Assembly: GCA_013239625.1 (NCBI GenBank)
Contig: MU054323.1
Coordinates: 14,512,029-14,576,028, forward strand
From: Lama guanicoe
Lineage: Eukaryota
Direction: 5' to 3'
DNA: 64,000 nucleotides
Part shown: piece after piece, positions 1-14,585 of the stretch
Position numbering within the stretch: position 1 is the first letter of the stretch
Layout of the letters: every line of letters starts with the position of its first letter
The notes under the pieces: model-generated
Database searches by the model: none
Seen by the model: the letters and a program-made list of their open reading frames with translations, nothing else
What the model was told of the DNA's origin: nothing
Translations under genes and position numbers: made by a program

Positions 1-329
1 TAATCATTTAGAAAAAATATATACAAATGATAAGTTTACTAATATTTGACTATTTGAAACCCAAAGAAGCTTTTGAAGGAAAAAACACAAATATAGTAGT
101 TTAAATTTTTACTACACAGTTGTAGAAGAAATGTGACTTGACAACAGTCCAACTAAATAAGTAGATATATCAAAGCACTATGGAAGTATTTATTCTATTA
201 TATATTTCTTTGCCTGAGTTTTTATAGTTATTTTCGGGAGTTTTTTTTAACTCAAAAATACAAAAAAAAAAATCAGAATTCTACCACCCACAAGCAGGTT
301 GCAGAAATATTTCAGAACATTTAATTGCA

Positions 330-850
330 TATTGGCACAAATTGAAAAAAATCTGCATATAAATGTCCTTCTTTTATATTTAACATGACATTATATCATA
401 CACAATTTCCATGCCATTAACATCTTTGTAATAATTTAGTAACTACGTTAATTTTATTTTCCATGGATGCCATAATTAAGTTATCATTCTCAATATTCAC
501 TACCATAATAAAAATTCAACAGACATCTTATACACAAATATTTGCCTATAATTTTCAAAAACTATTTATTCCCAGTTAAAAAAAATCTATTATCTCTAAG
601 GTTTTGAGTCCTTTTGAATTTCTAGATATAAATTGCCAAAATGCCTTATTAAAAATTGTATAGATTTGCACACGCACCATTAGGGTAGGAGTATGTCCTT
701 TCTACCACATTCTAATTAATGCTCAATATTATATTTTTTATAATTCTGTTCAATTAGATAGAATTTTTTCTCATAATGACTCTAGTTGGTAATTTTTTTA
801 TTATGAGTGAGACTGAGCATTTATTTTTTCATGTTTGTATTAACCATGTA
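330..850 (-). mobile_element. Ancient L1 (L1ME-like) 3' fragment
   Basis: Degenerate antisense L1 ORF2/3' motifs (aattgccaaaatgcc...ttatgagtgagactgagcat...ttttcatgtttgt); boundaries approximate. Confidence 0.5.
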
Positions 851-1564
851 TTATCAAGGCCAACATTCAGTCCAAGGAGATCAAAAGGAGCCATTCAGTT
901 AACCAGGGCAGGGTCTTACCAGTTGGCATTGCACTGCTGGCCATGTTGGTATTGACACAGAATATTTAGTGGGGATCTCTCCAGACTGAGGTGAGACTTC
1001 ACCCTGATGACTAGAGGAAGATTGGACTTGCAAGTGGGGTGCATGGGCTCCACAATGGGAAGACTTGGGAGTCAGATTCTGGGGAGCCAATAAGACATTT
1101 TCTAGAAGCCAAAAATGCATTTGTATTTGCGTTTATTCTAATCACTTGATCACTTGACTGGTTAGTATTTATTTTTAGTACTTATGCAAGCTGTAAACTG
1201 ATCTTACTGATAAATGTGCTGCATCCTGGCAGTGGAGTAGAATAGAACAGACATAAAATTAGAGTTCATTGAAAAATATCCCCCTTGAAAAAAGGGATCT
1301 ATTTTTGCGTTAGTTTAGGAAATGGCACACAATCTATTACTTTCTTGGAAATTTGCATTGCTTATTAAACTATTAAGCATTTTGAGACTCTTATAGTAAA
1401 GAAACTTACTTAATTTTAACCCAATATGTACGAAAGTTATCAATTTTGTGGTGTAAGACGGTTGGTATGTAATACCTATTTGTTCAACTAAGACTGATAC
1501 TCTTCACAAAACATTCAAAAAAGGCTGATAAAACATGCAAACAAAATATCAGTCTTTGAAACCA

Positions 1565-1730
1565 TTTAGAAATAGGTTTAAATCTTGATTCTGTCACCCA
1601 TTAACCATATAATATACCTAAAATCTCTTGGGTAATTTACCCAATTTTTCTGAGAATATATTTTCTTATTTGCAAAATTAAAATTAAATAATATTTCCTT
1701 TGCATGGCTCTTGCTAGATTAGCAGTCACA
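1565..1730 (+). mobile_element. MIR SINE relic
   Basis: Degenerate MIR core (ggtttaaatcttgattctgtcacc...ttttcttatttgcaaaat). Confidence 0.4.
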
Positions 1731-4106
1731 TATCTATATATTATGTGATATAGAGGGAATTTAATAGATTTTAGCTATTATTATTATTAATGTAAATGCC
1801 CTTTAAGTCATTCAAGTTTTACTGTAAAATACAAAGTCGTAATTTTTCACAGAAAGGCATGTTTGTATTAATTCATACCATTAATCATGCCCATGGACAG
1901 TCTGGTTCTTTGAAGTCAACAGCTGATGCCAGGCATAGTTGTTTACTTTTTACTGCCTCTGTGAATTAAGGGTATTGGCTTACAAGAAGATACATACGAC
2001 ATTTAGGAACAAAAAAAAAAGTTTTAACATTATTATGAATGAATTAAATAACTCAGCTGACAATATGTTTTTCACAAATTAAAAAACATAATAAAATCAC
2101 AGTTACCTAATAGTTCTTAAGACAGGTAATGCATTGGTTTACTCTTAACAAGTTGATAAAGTTGAAAAGCATGAATTCTACATATGTAGTATTTACTATA
2201 TAGTGCGTAAGCTTCTTAGTCTTTAAATATAAAAATAAAAGAAGACTTATTTGTGAGTATACATGTATACCATATTATAGATGTGGCCTTCAGAATTTAT
2301 AGGTTTTTATACATGAGAGTACTAATACTCAGTTTTCTGTGCATATTTTTGAGAAAACAACCACAAGGCTACTAATAGCTTAAAAAAAAAAAAAGCATAG
2401 GCACCATCTAGTATTCACACACACACAAATTCTTGTATTGAGTTGCATGCACTCATATTTCATTACTATACAGCATGTTACAAATTCAAATTGATCAAGA
2501 TGTCTATCAGCTACTCTTGATGACAACAAAATTCCCTGGGCATTTCTCTCCCTTGAGGCAAAAGAAGGTGAAACTCATTTGCATTCAAAAATAACATTAC
2601 CTCTAAGATTTTATATTGCTTTTACCTCTCTCCAGCTCTTAGGTGATTAGTCAAGAAATTGTGCTACTTCATCACTGTTTAATTTCAGACTGTAATGAAA
2701 AATGATTATAAGTAGCCACAGACTGATAAAGTAAGTGGCTCTCAGAACTTACTGTTTTATAGAATTTTTATTAAATTAGTTGCAGAGTATACCAAGGAAA
2801 CTCCCTTCTTCCATACTGGATTACAGCTGTCTTCACTAGGTGTATCTACATTTTTGCTTTCACTTTGATTGGTATTATAGACAGTTGTGATTGGTATTTA
2901 ACTGTGGGGAAAGAAATGCACTTGTGTGATCCGGTTTACTTGATCAAAATAGAATATATAGATAAAATTTTATAAATCAAAAGTATCCATTAATGTCCTT
3001 TTCTTAGGATACTGTTAATAATAGAAAGCCCCTTATTCTAACAGACTGAGAGAAAAAAATACCCCAGAAATGTGAGTCAGAACAAAATAAATAATTAAAT
3101 GTTTGATTTGGCCAAGGATGCTGTTTCTTATGATAAAAAGTCATAGTTCCTCATATTAAGAAATTCCCTAGATACTCTTCTCACCTGATCCCCTCCCTAC
3201 ATTATTTGCCTCAAACAAAATTCATAAAATCCATGTCTTTGTCACAGATTCCAAATCTACATATTCACCTTCACTGGACATGTGTCCTCTTGAACATGTT
3301 TCAGAACCAGACTCTTTATTTTCCTCCTCCTAAGTCCTATTTATGACTTCCTATTGTTAATAATATCACCTGGATCATTTTTTTCAATAGATATGTTGTG
3401 AACAACCTACAAAAGATCTACTTACAGAGATTTGTATAAAAGTTGAGCAATATGCCCTATTTCACAGTAGGGAACAGATATTCTGTGGCAGTGACTGTGG
3501 GAATCTGCTTTTTAAACAAACACCTAAGTTATCCAAATGTTTGAAAATCATTACACTAGTTGGTAAATTTCTGAACAAGAGCTGTTTCAGTTTCATATAT
3601 CAAAACATCAAAATCATAACCATAAAATAGAAAGCACCTGTATATATGTATGTACACAAATCTATCTAGATAGAGAGATACAGATATATAGATATTTATT
3701 GATACAAACATGTATCTATACCTAGTACAACCCTGTACTGCATTCCTAGAGCTACCATCTTGGTATGCTTGGAAACCACTATCTAGACTATAAGAATACA
3801 GAATAACAAAAATTTTGCTACACTAATGCTCACAGAAGTTAGACATTTCCACAGGGAATTCAGAACTCTTTTCCAAAATGTGACTTAAGTCTGCATAACT
3901 TCATGCAGAATAATTGAAACTTATATAGGGAGTTAAATAAAATTATCCCATATCTGTGGAAAATATTAAAGAGAAAATATTCCATACCTGCAGATTGCCT
4001 ACCAAAAAAGTGTTAATAGTACTTCCAGAATTAACAAGATTAATTACAATATATGAGATGTATGTTATTTAAAATTTAATTAACCATTTTATTTAAACTT
4101 CAGCTA

Positions 4107-4460
4107 TAGTCAGCCCTTTGTAAATCATGTGTTCCATAGATTAAACCAACCCGGATCAAAACTATTCAGGGAAGAAACCTCCAGAAAGTTCTAGAAAGCG
4201 AAACTTGAATTTGCCATGCCCTGGCAAGCTATTTACATAACATTTACATTATATTTACAACTAGTTATGTAGCTTTTACATTGTATTAGGTACTGTAAGT
4301 AACCTAGAGATGATTTAAAGTATATGGAAGGATGTACGTAGATTATTTGTAATTACTATGCCCTTTTACATAAAGGACTTGAGAATCCTTGGATTTTGTT
4401 TTTTCTGACTGGGAAGGGGCAATGTGCTGCCAGTCCTTCATGGATACCGAAGGATGACTA
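4107..4460 (-). mobile_element. MER2/MER2B non-autonomous Tigger-class DNA transposon
   Basis: Degenerate terminal inverted repeats (tagtcagccctttg...taccgaaggatgacta) flanked by TA at 4105-4106 and 4461-4462; interior resembles MER2 (tactttaaatcatctctaggttacttacagtacctaatacaatgtaaa on minus). Confidence 0.85.
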
Positions 4461-7400
4461 TATAAAGATATAGATATAGTTTATTACTTCCCTTGTCATC
4501 ATCAATAAGGTTAGTTGACATCAAGTATCCTATTAATTATTGTGTAAAATTACGTAAGCATATGCGTTTTCCTCACTATCTTGTATAAACGGTTGAAATA
4601 TTATTATTTCCAAGCTTCATCTACCTATCAGTGTGAAAGAGAACACAAAGCATAAAGAAGCCCTCACTGCTGGCTGTTCATTTACAGTAACCTCAACATA
4701 CCCTGTGTTGATGAAAACATGCTTTCTATGGGAGAAAAAACTTTTCTCCTGTTACCCTCTCTCCTCGGACATTTTACTTTCCAAATATCATACCAGTGCA
4801 ACTGTAGAAAGAGAAAAAAAGTTGCTCTGCAACAATCTTTAGAAAGTATGGTTACTCTTCACTGTTCATTTGACCTAGGCTATGAAGTTTGCATCATTAA
4901 AAGCAACAAAATATTTTATCTTGAAAGCAGAATTATTTTGTTAAACAATTTAAGAGTTAAGATATTCTCTTTATGAAGATCTGTTATCTGTACTTCATAA
5001 TCCACTATTCTTGTTGATCAAGCAGTGACTAATGAATGTGTCTTATGTATCGTGTGTTGTATTGAAACAGCAAATCATAAAACATGAGGGTTGAGTGAGT
5101 CCTCAGAGTTAATCTCATTCAGTTTCTTTTATGTTACTAATGAGAATGCCATACCACAGGCGATCTTGGTCTTGAAGCATGTTGGAACTCTGTGAGGCTA
5201 CTGGAATGGGAGAAGGTAGAGAATCAAATAACAGCTGATCAAACTCTAGGGATTCCCTTGAGAAAACCAGACAGTTGACACTTGATAATGGTTCCCACCT
5301 TTTTGTTGGTATAGAAAGATGCCCATGATAATGGCTAAGACAATAAGAAAACAGATTTCTCAGATAGTGACAGGACTTGATTCTACAGGACAAATTCTGT
5401 CTTGGGTCTGTGACCTCTCATTAGAGTCTGTGACCTAAGGGAAAAGGATTATGGTAAAGTCGTGGAAGAACAAACTAAATATAACAGAACTCCAGTAAGA
5501 TTTCCTTAAGTAGTTGACACATGAATCAAGATCCTGGAGTAGACTTTAAAATACATGATTACCCAAAAACAGTAAGCATGAGGAGGAAACAGGAGCTTCA
5601 CAAGTACCTAGAACACAAAGCTTAATCTAGATTCACCAGATATATGACTTTATTAATTCCAGTCTGCAGTTTTTGGCAGGAATAGACCTTTGAGAACCTA
5701 TGTTTGGCTGAGATTGTAGGACAGAAGTATCAGTGTCTATGGCTGATGAAGATGGCAAAACCTAGCAATCAGGTGAAACTCACAAAGAGAAAGTTTCCTC
5801 CAAGGCCATGAAGAGGATCAGTGACAGGGAAGGGAACAAATCCAAGATCCTCAAATTCTATGCTTATTAAACCATATCCCTGTTCTCTTAATAAAGCCTC
5901 TGAGAAACTTCAATTTAATTGGGAAGATAGAAAATAAATACAAACACTAGGTATGGAAGTAAGCAGAATAAAGAATCAGGTCACATTGTACAAAAATGCA
6001 GTAGAGAAGGAAGATATTGCAGGCATTAAATGGGAAACTATTTTTGAGTCTTCTCTCTCTCTACTCTGTTCTGTCAGACATTTGGAATAGAATGATCCAG
6101 AATGCACTAACGTCAGATAGACTCATCCAATGTATTTTTTGTTTTAGTTAAACTCAAAATTTTTGTTTTTCTCAGAAATCATTTAAAAAGTATTTCTTTT
6201 GAAGCCTGCTGCCATTGAAAATTACGGTGGCCAATATCTTAGGAAGAATAAAACAATAGAATGGGCATTTATGTGAATATAAGTAATAAACTGTGTGCAG
6301 TTTTACAAGCCAGGCTAAAACTTCAAGGATCATCAATCATTGCATTTCAAAGCATAAAATGATAACCAGCTGGAATTAGGAAAAAAAATTTCCCCTGTGG
6401 TATAATATTGAACAATTGGACAGGTGCTTTATGAAAGGTAATTTTTTTTCTGGCCTTCTGCTGAAGCATTTAGTCTAGGTCTTTATAAAATGCTAGTCTA
6501 ATGGGCCATTGATCTTTTCAGCTAATGCAATTTGTAGGATTCTCACTTTTCCAGATGTAATCAATAAGAATCTTAAACCCACATTGAAAAAACAAAATCA
6601 TACTACTGATTTACTAGAAGACCTATTTGGCAAAAAGATAGACTATATTGAAAAAGAAATGATACTATAGTCACCAAAAAAGCAATAAAAGAATGATCAT
6701 GTTATATATGAAAGTACATTTATAGTGATAACATTGGAAACATTTATACCTCTATGTATACCATCATTCAGAGAAGTGATTGCACATAGAGATAGAGGTA
6801 GAAATGTGCCTGAGTAAAAATTCTACTGCGTTTGATGTAACTTGCACCTATTAAAAATGAAAGCAAAGAGCTTAAAGTTTACTTATTAGAATCATTCTGA
6901 GATCTTTTCTCTTTTTATATTCTTACTTGGTGGTACTCAGAGGGATTTGTAGCCTTTCCAGCTTCTGTATTTTAAACCACACTTGTGAGTTTTTGTTATG
7001 CAATTAAATATAGTAGGTAATAAATTTGATTGGTTTGTATATGATCTATTTTACTTTATTTCCCTATGTAATCTGAAGTGTAGCTGTTGTTTTTTTTTTC
7101 CTGCAAGCCTCATAATACTGCATTAGTTAAGGTCTTGGCACGTTCTAAGGCTCTGTTCAGCCTGCCAGAGATGTAGGTAGTGATACAGGGCTCACTGAAG
7201 GACTGGGCACCCCTGACTTAGGATCCAGGATCATTCAGAACAGAAGAAACATCTGACTTCCTCTCTTGGCATCAGAAAGGGCTTTGAAATAGGCTGCGAC
7301 CATCTTATCCTTGTACCATGCAGATAGGCAAGCCCCTCCAAAGAACACCCCCTTTACTTCTCCGAGTTGGGGCTCAGAGAGTCATGTCAGCTCACATGTG

Positions 7401-10400
7401 TTCTTCAAGTTATTTCTCAGTGTTTGTACCTGCAGAATTAGAAAGCAACTTGGTAACTTCTTTTTCAGTCCTTTCACCTTCATCTGTTTTCTCAGAGCTA
7501 GACTGTTTCTCATTTAATTCCCCCAAACATCTTCTAAACTTGTATATCCCAGTGGGGACAGAGCCTGAATCCTGATGGCAGGGAGAACACATAGCCCTAG
7601 GCTTGCTCTGAGGTCTTCCATCTTGCCCTTCTCTTTACAGACACCGTAGAGGCTGACAGTTGGGGATTAAACACACACTTCCCAGATGTCCCTTAAATAT
7701 ATGACGAATGGAGCCAGTCTCCTTTTAGCAGTTAAATTTAGCCACTCTGCTTTTCCTAGTTTTCTTGCTGACTCATGCTGTTTCCCCATCTCAGCGCTCC
7801 CTGTTTCTGGGCCGTGATGTTTGTGGCAGGAGGCATGAAGCAGAACTGTAGTTCAGGCTTCAGGGGAAGCTGCGGTGGCTTGGACAGCTACCTTCTCTTG
7901 ACTTGAGAGGTATTTAGTCTCTGCCTTCAAGAGAGGATAACAGCCTTGGCACAGAATCAGGAATCTGGATAATTTCAAATCCACTTGCTTCAGATCTTTA
8001 CATGATGGTTTGTTTCATTTGCTTATATTCTGATAACAACTTATTGATAGAATGCAAATGTAAATTTATCAAAACCTTTTAAGACAGGATACATATCTAT
8101 TTTTTGGTATTATCTGTTGGCATTTGTTTCCTACATGTGTATGAATACTATACAATTTATATTACACAAAATGTTCCCTCTGGGCACCAATGAGTGGCTG
8201 AGGTCATATAATATATACCCTGGCATCAGTAATAGTGTATTATGAGTATCTGACTATGGTGATGCTCAGTTAGTAGGAATCTAGAAATAACTAATAGAGT
8301 CTGTCCTCTCAGCCAAGATACTGTCCCACACCTGTAGTTGCATATGGGCCATTTCTGCTTGGATATACTTGCTCTTATGTTAAATTCCCTTCCTCCAGTT
8401 ATGCACCCATGATCTTTATCCCAGACCAATTTCTCCTTTCAATTAACATTTGACTTTTCTGAGTCGCTTGACCTGAGGCCCATGAAATTATCTCCATTTT
8501 GCCTTTGTTTTATATTTGTACCCTCAACATTCTAACCCATGTCATCATTGCCCATTCATGATGTTCTAAATCAACTTAATACCATGTGCTGCTAATTTTA
8601 ACATTGTAATTTAACTGATTTTAGCATTTTAAAAATATTTGAAAATCTACAACTACCAAACATCTATCAGTAGGAATTTAGCTAATTTTATTCTCATACA
8701 TACTTGTAATAAAATAATATGCAGCCAGTAACTTTTTTCTTGTAAGAAAAAACAGAGTTATACAACTAAAGTATAAGCTGTATGAAGACCCTGAGAAAGG
8801 AAGGCAAATGCTCCTTTTAATTAGGATTTTTTGTTAAGAGATTTGGGTATAAAATTGTGCAGGTCTGTAATGAGTAAGAAAGAGATTTTTGACTACATTC
8901 TTCATGAATTGGAGGCCAAGAAAGAAAAAAAAAAGGTGGAGAAAAGTGCAGAAGATGGAACTTACTCCATCTCAATAAAAGATGGAAATTATTTCACCTC
9001 AATAATTATGAGTTGAAAAAGCTCAATGAGTAATCATAACAAGAAAAGTTGAGCAATAGTTTCTCATACACAGTTTATCTTAGTAAATGCAAATACTAAA
9101 AAAGAAGTTATTCATAAAATGTATGCTAGAGAGGTTTCATTGTAATTGATAGGCATGAATGAAAGAAATTTGAGATATTGCACTTAGAGGTTATTGCACC
9201 AAAGTTATTCTTTATTAGGCTCACCAAAGCATCTAAGTCCTAATGTGACACATCTTAAACTGAATTAGACAGAGGTATTACAAGAATAAGCAATAACTAT
9301 CCATAATACGCTTAGCATAAAATAGGTTCAATAGGAAGGGTTCTGCAACAACACTCTTTATAAGAGTTTATGGAAACAATTAATGGAATAAAATTGATGA
9401 AACATTCTATGTATTATTGCATTTTACATATTCTAAGGCAGTGTGAAGGCATTAATACATGGAAATCATCAACATTTTACAATGAAAAGAATTGCTAAAG
9501 TTACACATATTACCATGGGAATACAAGCAAAACAAATTACTTTTAATTGGCCATTACATCATCATCATTGGAATTATTTAGTATTAATAAAATATTTCAT
9601 TTTGGAATGGTCATACAGTTATTGTAGAGAGTAGTGCTATCAAAAACACCTGTTTCTTGAATTGGCTATAAAAATCTCTTAGCTCAGCAAATTAAAATAA
9701 GCTGATGTTGCTTTTTCAGTAGCATTTGCAATTTTCTCAGTGACATTTTAACAATTGAAGAAACAATATACTATGCAGGGCTTGTAGGAACTGAAAACAG
9801 GGTTTTCCCCCTTTATTTTTATATCACTATGAGCAGATAAATCTATTTGTTCGATGATGTGCCTCTAAAATGGTGCTGTCCGCTTTTGTTTCTCATGGCT
9901 CATGCATACACCTATAAACCTATAAAACATTCAAAATAATTTAAAAATCCTCTAGATTTTGAATCCATTTAATTTAAAATCTAACAGTTATAAAAAAGAA
10001 TAAATTTGATCTGAATCATCACAGGATTTCTTGGTTTCTTCTACAGTATATCTAAGTAAAGAATATTTAGTTATTTTCGCATGTATTCATATGTACCTGA
10101 ACTGTTTCCTGTTGTCACACACATCCAACCCAGCTTAGCTTTATGGACTCCTATTGGATCATGATATCATATTCCCTATCAAAAATTATGAAGCCATATT
10201 TAGTGTTATCTACACAGATCAAATATTTTATAATAGTGGTCCTTTAGTGTTTATAAGTACCTTGATTATCTTATTTTGTTTAATTCTCACACAAACTTTG
10301 GATATTGGCATTTTATATCTTCTAACATATATAAAAAGAGGAGGATCAAAGAGCTAAAGGGACAAGCCGGAGATTACACAACCAGTAAATAGCAGATCAT

Positions 10401-10860
10401 GAATCTGAAATTATGACTTTTCTAATCAAATCCAGCACTTCTCCACCATTTAATTTCATTGCCTTTATTCACTATTTTAGAATTATATATTCAAATAGCC
10501 AGCAGGCATGTCCACATTTTTTCCTTTTTAATATATGTAAAACCCAACTTACCTACTTATGCAACAACAAAATATACTTATTCTGCTTTATAAAGATTTT
10601 TAAAAGATTATCTATCAAAATGGCTAAAATAAAAAACAAATTGTGATAATACCAAATATTGGTGAAGATGCAGAAGAACTGATTATTCTCATGCTTTGTC
10701 AGTTGGGATATAAAATGATATAACTACTCTGAAAAACAGTTTGGCAGTTTCTGATAAAACTAAACATACACTAAGAATCGCACTCAAGCATTTATCCCAG
10801 AAAATGAAACCTTATGTTTACACAAAAACCTGTACATGAATATTTATAGCAGCTTTGTTT

Positions 10861-11671
10861 TTTTTTCTTTTCTTTTTTTTTGACATTTTTTATTGAGTTA
10901 ATAACCATTTTACAATGTTGTGTCAAATTCCAGTGTAGAGCACAATTTTTCAGTTATACATGAATATACATATATTTGTTGTCACATTTTTTTCACTGTA
11001 AGCTACCAAAAGATCTTGTATATATTTCCATGTGCTATACAGTATAATCTTGTTTTACTACATTTTGAAATCCCAGTCTGTCCCTTCCCACCCTCTGCCA
11101 TCTTGACAATCAAAAGTTTGTATTCTATATCTATCAGTATGTTTCTGTTTTGTATGTATGTATGTATGTATGTATGTATGTATGTATATATGTATTTATT
11201 TATTTTAGATTCCACATATGAGCGGTCTCATATGGTATTTTTCTTTCTCTTTCTGTTTTACTTCACTTAGAATGGCATTCTCCAGTAACATCTATGTTGC
11301 TGCAAATGGCATTATGTTGTCAGTTTTCATGGCTGAATAGTATTCCATTGTATAAATATACCACTTCTTTATCCAATCATCTGTTGATGGACATTTAGGC
11401 TATTTCCATGTCTTGGATATTGTAAATAGTGCTGCTATGAACATTGGGGTGCAGGTGTCTTTTTGAAGTAGGATTCCTTCTGGATATGTGAGCGGGAGTC
11501 CTGGGTCATATGGTAAGTCTATTCTTAGTCTTTTGAGGAATCTCCATACTGTTTTCCACAGTGGCTGCACCAAACTGCATTCTCAACAGCAGTGTAGGAG
11601 GGTTCCCTTTTCTCCACAGCCTCTCGAGCAATTGTCATTTGTGGACTTTTGAATGATGGCCATTCTGACTG
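10861..11671 (-). mobile_element. Young 5'-truncated L1 (same family as the full-length copy at 55-62 kb)
   Basis: T-rich tail at the left end, high similarity to 54970-55715; TSD-like gctttgttt (10852-10860) / gctttattt (11672-11680). Confidence 0.9.
11153..11184. repeat. (TATG)8 microsatellite inside L1 3'UTR
   Basis: Read directly from sequence. Confidence 0.95.
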
Positions 11672-13734
11672 GCTTTATTTGTAATAGCCCCAAACTGGAA
11701 ACAATCCAAGCATCTTTAAAGTGTGAATGGTTAAAAAAAAAATAAACTGGTGTATCTGTATCATGGAATACTTCTCAGCAATAAAAAGAAAAAAAATATA
11801 TTAATACAATAATCTCAAGGGAATTGTGCTGAATTAAAAAACACAATTACAAAAGATTGGGAAGGGACAGGTGTGGCTGTGAAGAGAAAGCCTGAGGGAA
11901 CCTCATAGTGATGAAATTTTCCTGTATCTTGATCATGGTGCTAAATAAATCTCCACATGTGATCAAATCACAAAATATACACACATAAAAGAGTGCATCA
12001 AAAATTGGTGAAATCTAAATAAGCTCTGTGGATTATACTAATGTCATTTTTTTGGATTTGATATTATAAGTCATTTTTGAAGACAAATCTGATGGTATCT
12101 CTAAGATTCAAATTGCCCATGGCCTTTGACTTAAAATGCCAGTCTAGAAATGTACTCAAAGAAATAAATGCACATAAACCTACAAAGAATGTTTATATCT
12201 ATACCTTTATATTCAGTTTAATATTTATAATGAGTATACTTATATGTGTGATTTTAAATCTTAATAGATTAAGGTTCAACAATAGAGAAACAAGTAAGTT
12301 AAGCCTCATCTATGGTATGGAATGCCAGATAAACATGTAAAATTTGAGGTTTGTCTACCCTCAAGTGCAAACATCCAATGATAACAACATGCCTAGGTGG
12401 AAAATAACACTGTAATGTAATACATATTGTAGTGTAACAAAACTGTCAATAAAAATTACATCAGAGATGGGGAGTGCCAGCGGTTTGGACTTTCACATTT
12501 TAATTTGTGTGCAGTTACATTGTTATTTTTTACTCTGAAAATGAATTCATTTATTACTTGTTTGACATTTTTGAATATAAAATATTTCATATTCATTACA
12601 GAAAACATTAAAAATTGATTTGGGAAAGATATTTGCCCTCAACAGTAAGATGTGCAATTATAACAATGTGCTCTTCCCTTTTTAAATTTATATTCATGCT
12701 AGAATAATTTCTGTCCCTAGTCGAGTACTGCATACAATTTCAATTGAGAATTAATAGAAGCAATTCTAACCTGCAGAGATGTATTTCTTCTGAGTAACTG
12801 ATAAGCCAAAGTTGCCCCTTAGGAAAAAAAAAAAAAGCTTATCTATACTGTCTTTTGTAACTTACACAGCTTCAAATTGTTAAGAGTAATAGAGTTGAAG
12901 TGATGAATTTGGTTTTAATATTGGCTCAGAGTATCCACAAATTTAACCAAGTCATTCTAGATTCATTCTAACTAAAATAATGCAAAAAGTAGATAATGAT
13001 GCAAAAATGCAGCACATAGATGCTGATGATACTGACATGAGTACTGAGGTCTAAAATGCTAGATAATGATAATGATGAGGAAAAGAAGGGGAGGGGGGAT
13101 TTTATATGTAGTCTCAAAAGAACTTCTCACTGAAAGAAAATGTTGTTTGCAATTTGTGGAATATCACACTTACCCAAATCTATAAAAAATCGATGTATAT
13201 TATTCCTAGAATCAATATTTATGCATAAAATTAAGATCTACATCAAATGTTTCTTTCTGATTACCTTTGTAATCTTTATTTTTTTCTTTAGCTCACATCT
13301 TTTTCTCTATCGAATTTAATATAAATTAGAGAATAATGTCTTCATTTTCCCTTCACCAATCCATTCCATGAATACATAGAGAACTATATACGCAGCAGTT
13401 GGTTTGCACATACTCCCTACTCACTTCTACATTTCTAACCTGCCCAAGCATCAGAAGTATTTGGATTGCTTGTCTTTATAAGAATGTGGTTTTCCAGTTT
13501 ACCCAGAGGTTGTAATTTAAATCAACTTTAGTTTCTTAACAGCTCATCTTGTACTACTTGCTTGTGATTAATAATTAGCAAAGTGATGGCATATTGTAGA
13601 CAATAAATATTTTTAGACTAAATGCTAAAATTTGAACAAGGATTTCTACTGTCCAAAATGATAATTACCTTCACTTAGAAATTCGGGCTAGACTGTATTA
13701 ATTTCTGAGACTCATGAAATATCTATTCTTATTA

Positions 13735-14585
13735 AGGCCAGAAACCTTGGAGTTACCATTGATGTTTCTCTTTTTCCTACACTTCAAATCTATTCTTTCA
13801 GCAAAATTTAAAAGCATTACTTTCAAAATATAAACAAAGTCCACCCATTTATCTGCTCCCAAGTGCTACCAGTGGTGTCAGACATTGTCCCATTCTTGAA
13901 TTATTGCCAAGATTCCCGAACTATTCTTCCTGTTTCTGCCCTTGTCCTCTTTATGGTCTCTTCTAACACAGGAGCCTGAAAGGTTCTATTTAAACATGCA
14001 GAGCTCACATCACTTCTCATCTCAAAGCTCCCCAAGGCTTCCCTCTGGCCAGTTAAAGAGCTGAGACTATAAAATGTGGAACAGGATATGCATTCCACCT
14101 TCCTTCCATCTTTTACCTCTGTAATTCCTACCACTCTCTTCTCACTCGTGCGGTTCCAGTTACTTGACCCTCCCTGCTGTTTCTGAAACACACCAGGCTT
14201 GATCCCACCTTAGAGCTTTTATGCCATCTGTTCCATTTTCCTGGCTATCCCTTACTCCAAATATCAAGATGCCTAATTTCCTCAAATCTTTATTTAAATG
14301 TTGCCTGCTCGGGTAGGCTTTCCTTGTTATCCTCTCTAACACTTCTATGGCAGTTTCTCAATTTTTGAACCCCTTTCTCGATCAATTTCTTCTATCTTCT
14401 TAATACTACCATGCTAATGTAAGGGGGGGTGCAGTGTAACCTATTTGTTTATTGTCTCTTTCCGTCACTAGAATGTAAGTTTCATGAAGGCAGACAATAT
14501 TGCCCCATTTGTTCACTGCCCATCCCTAGTGCCAGAATTGTTGCTGCCAATTAGAACTTGCTCCATGTGTATTTTATGAATGAAT
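13735..14585 (+). mobile_element. L2 (L2a-like) 3' portion
   Basis: ccagaaaccttggagtt...cactagaatgtaagtttcatgaaggcag...tttgttcactgc...tgaatgaat is a typical L2 3' end. Confidence 0.8.

Larger units (their letters stand above)
10610..12075 (+). mobile_element. Old L1 (L1MC/MD-class) ORF2 end and 3'UTR, interrupted by a younger L1
   Basis: Sense L1 motifs aaaatggctaaaat...tatttatagcagcttt stop at about 10860 and resume as gctttatttgtaatagccccaaactggaaacaatcc at 11672. Confidence 0.75.

Noticed and set aside
2689..2730. Plus-strand ag...gtaagt exon-like segment
   Set aside because: Stops in all three frames and no other support
7410..7592. 60-aa charged ORF (EKTDEGERTEKEV)
   Set aside because: Short, no recognisable homology, no convincing splice partner in frame
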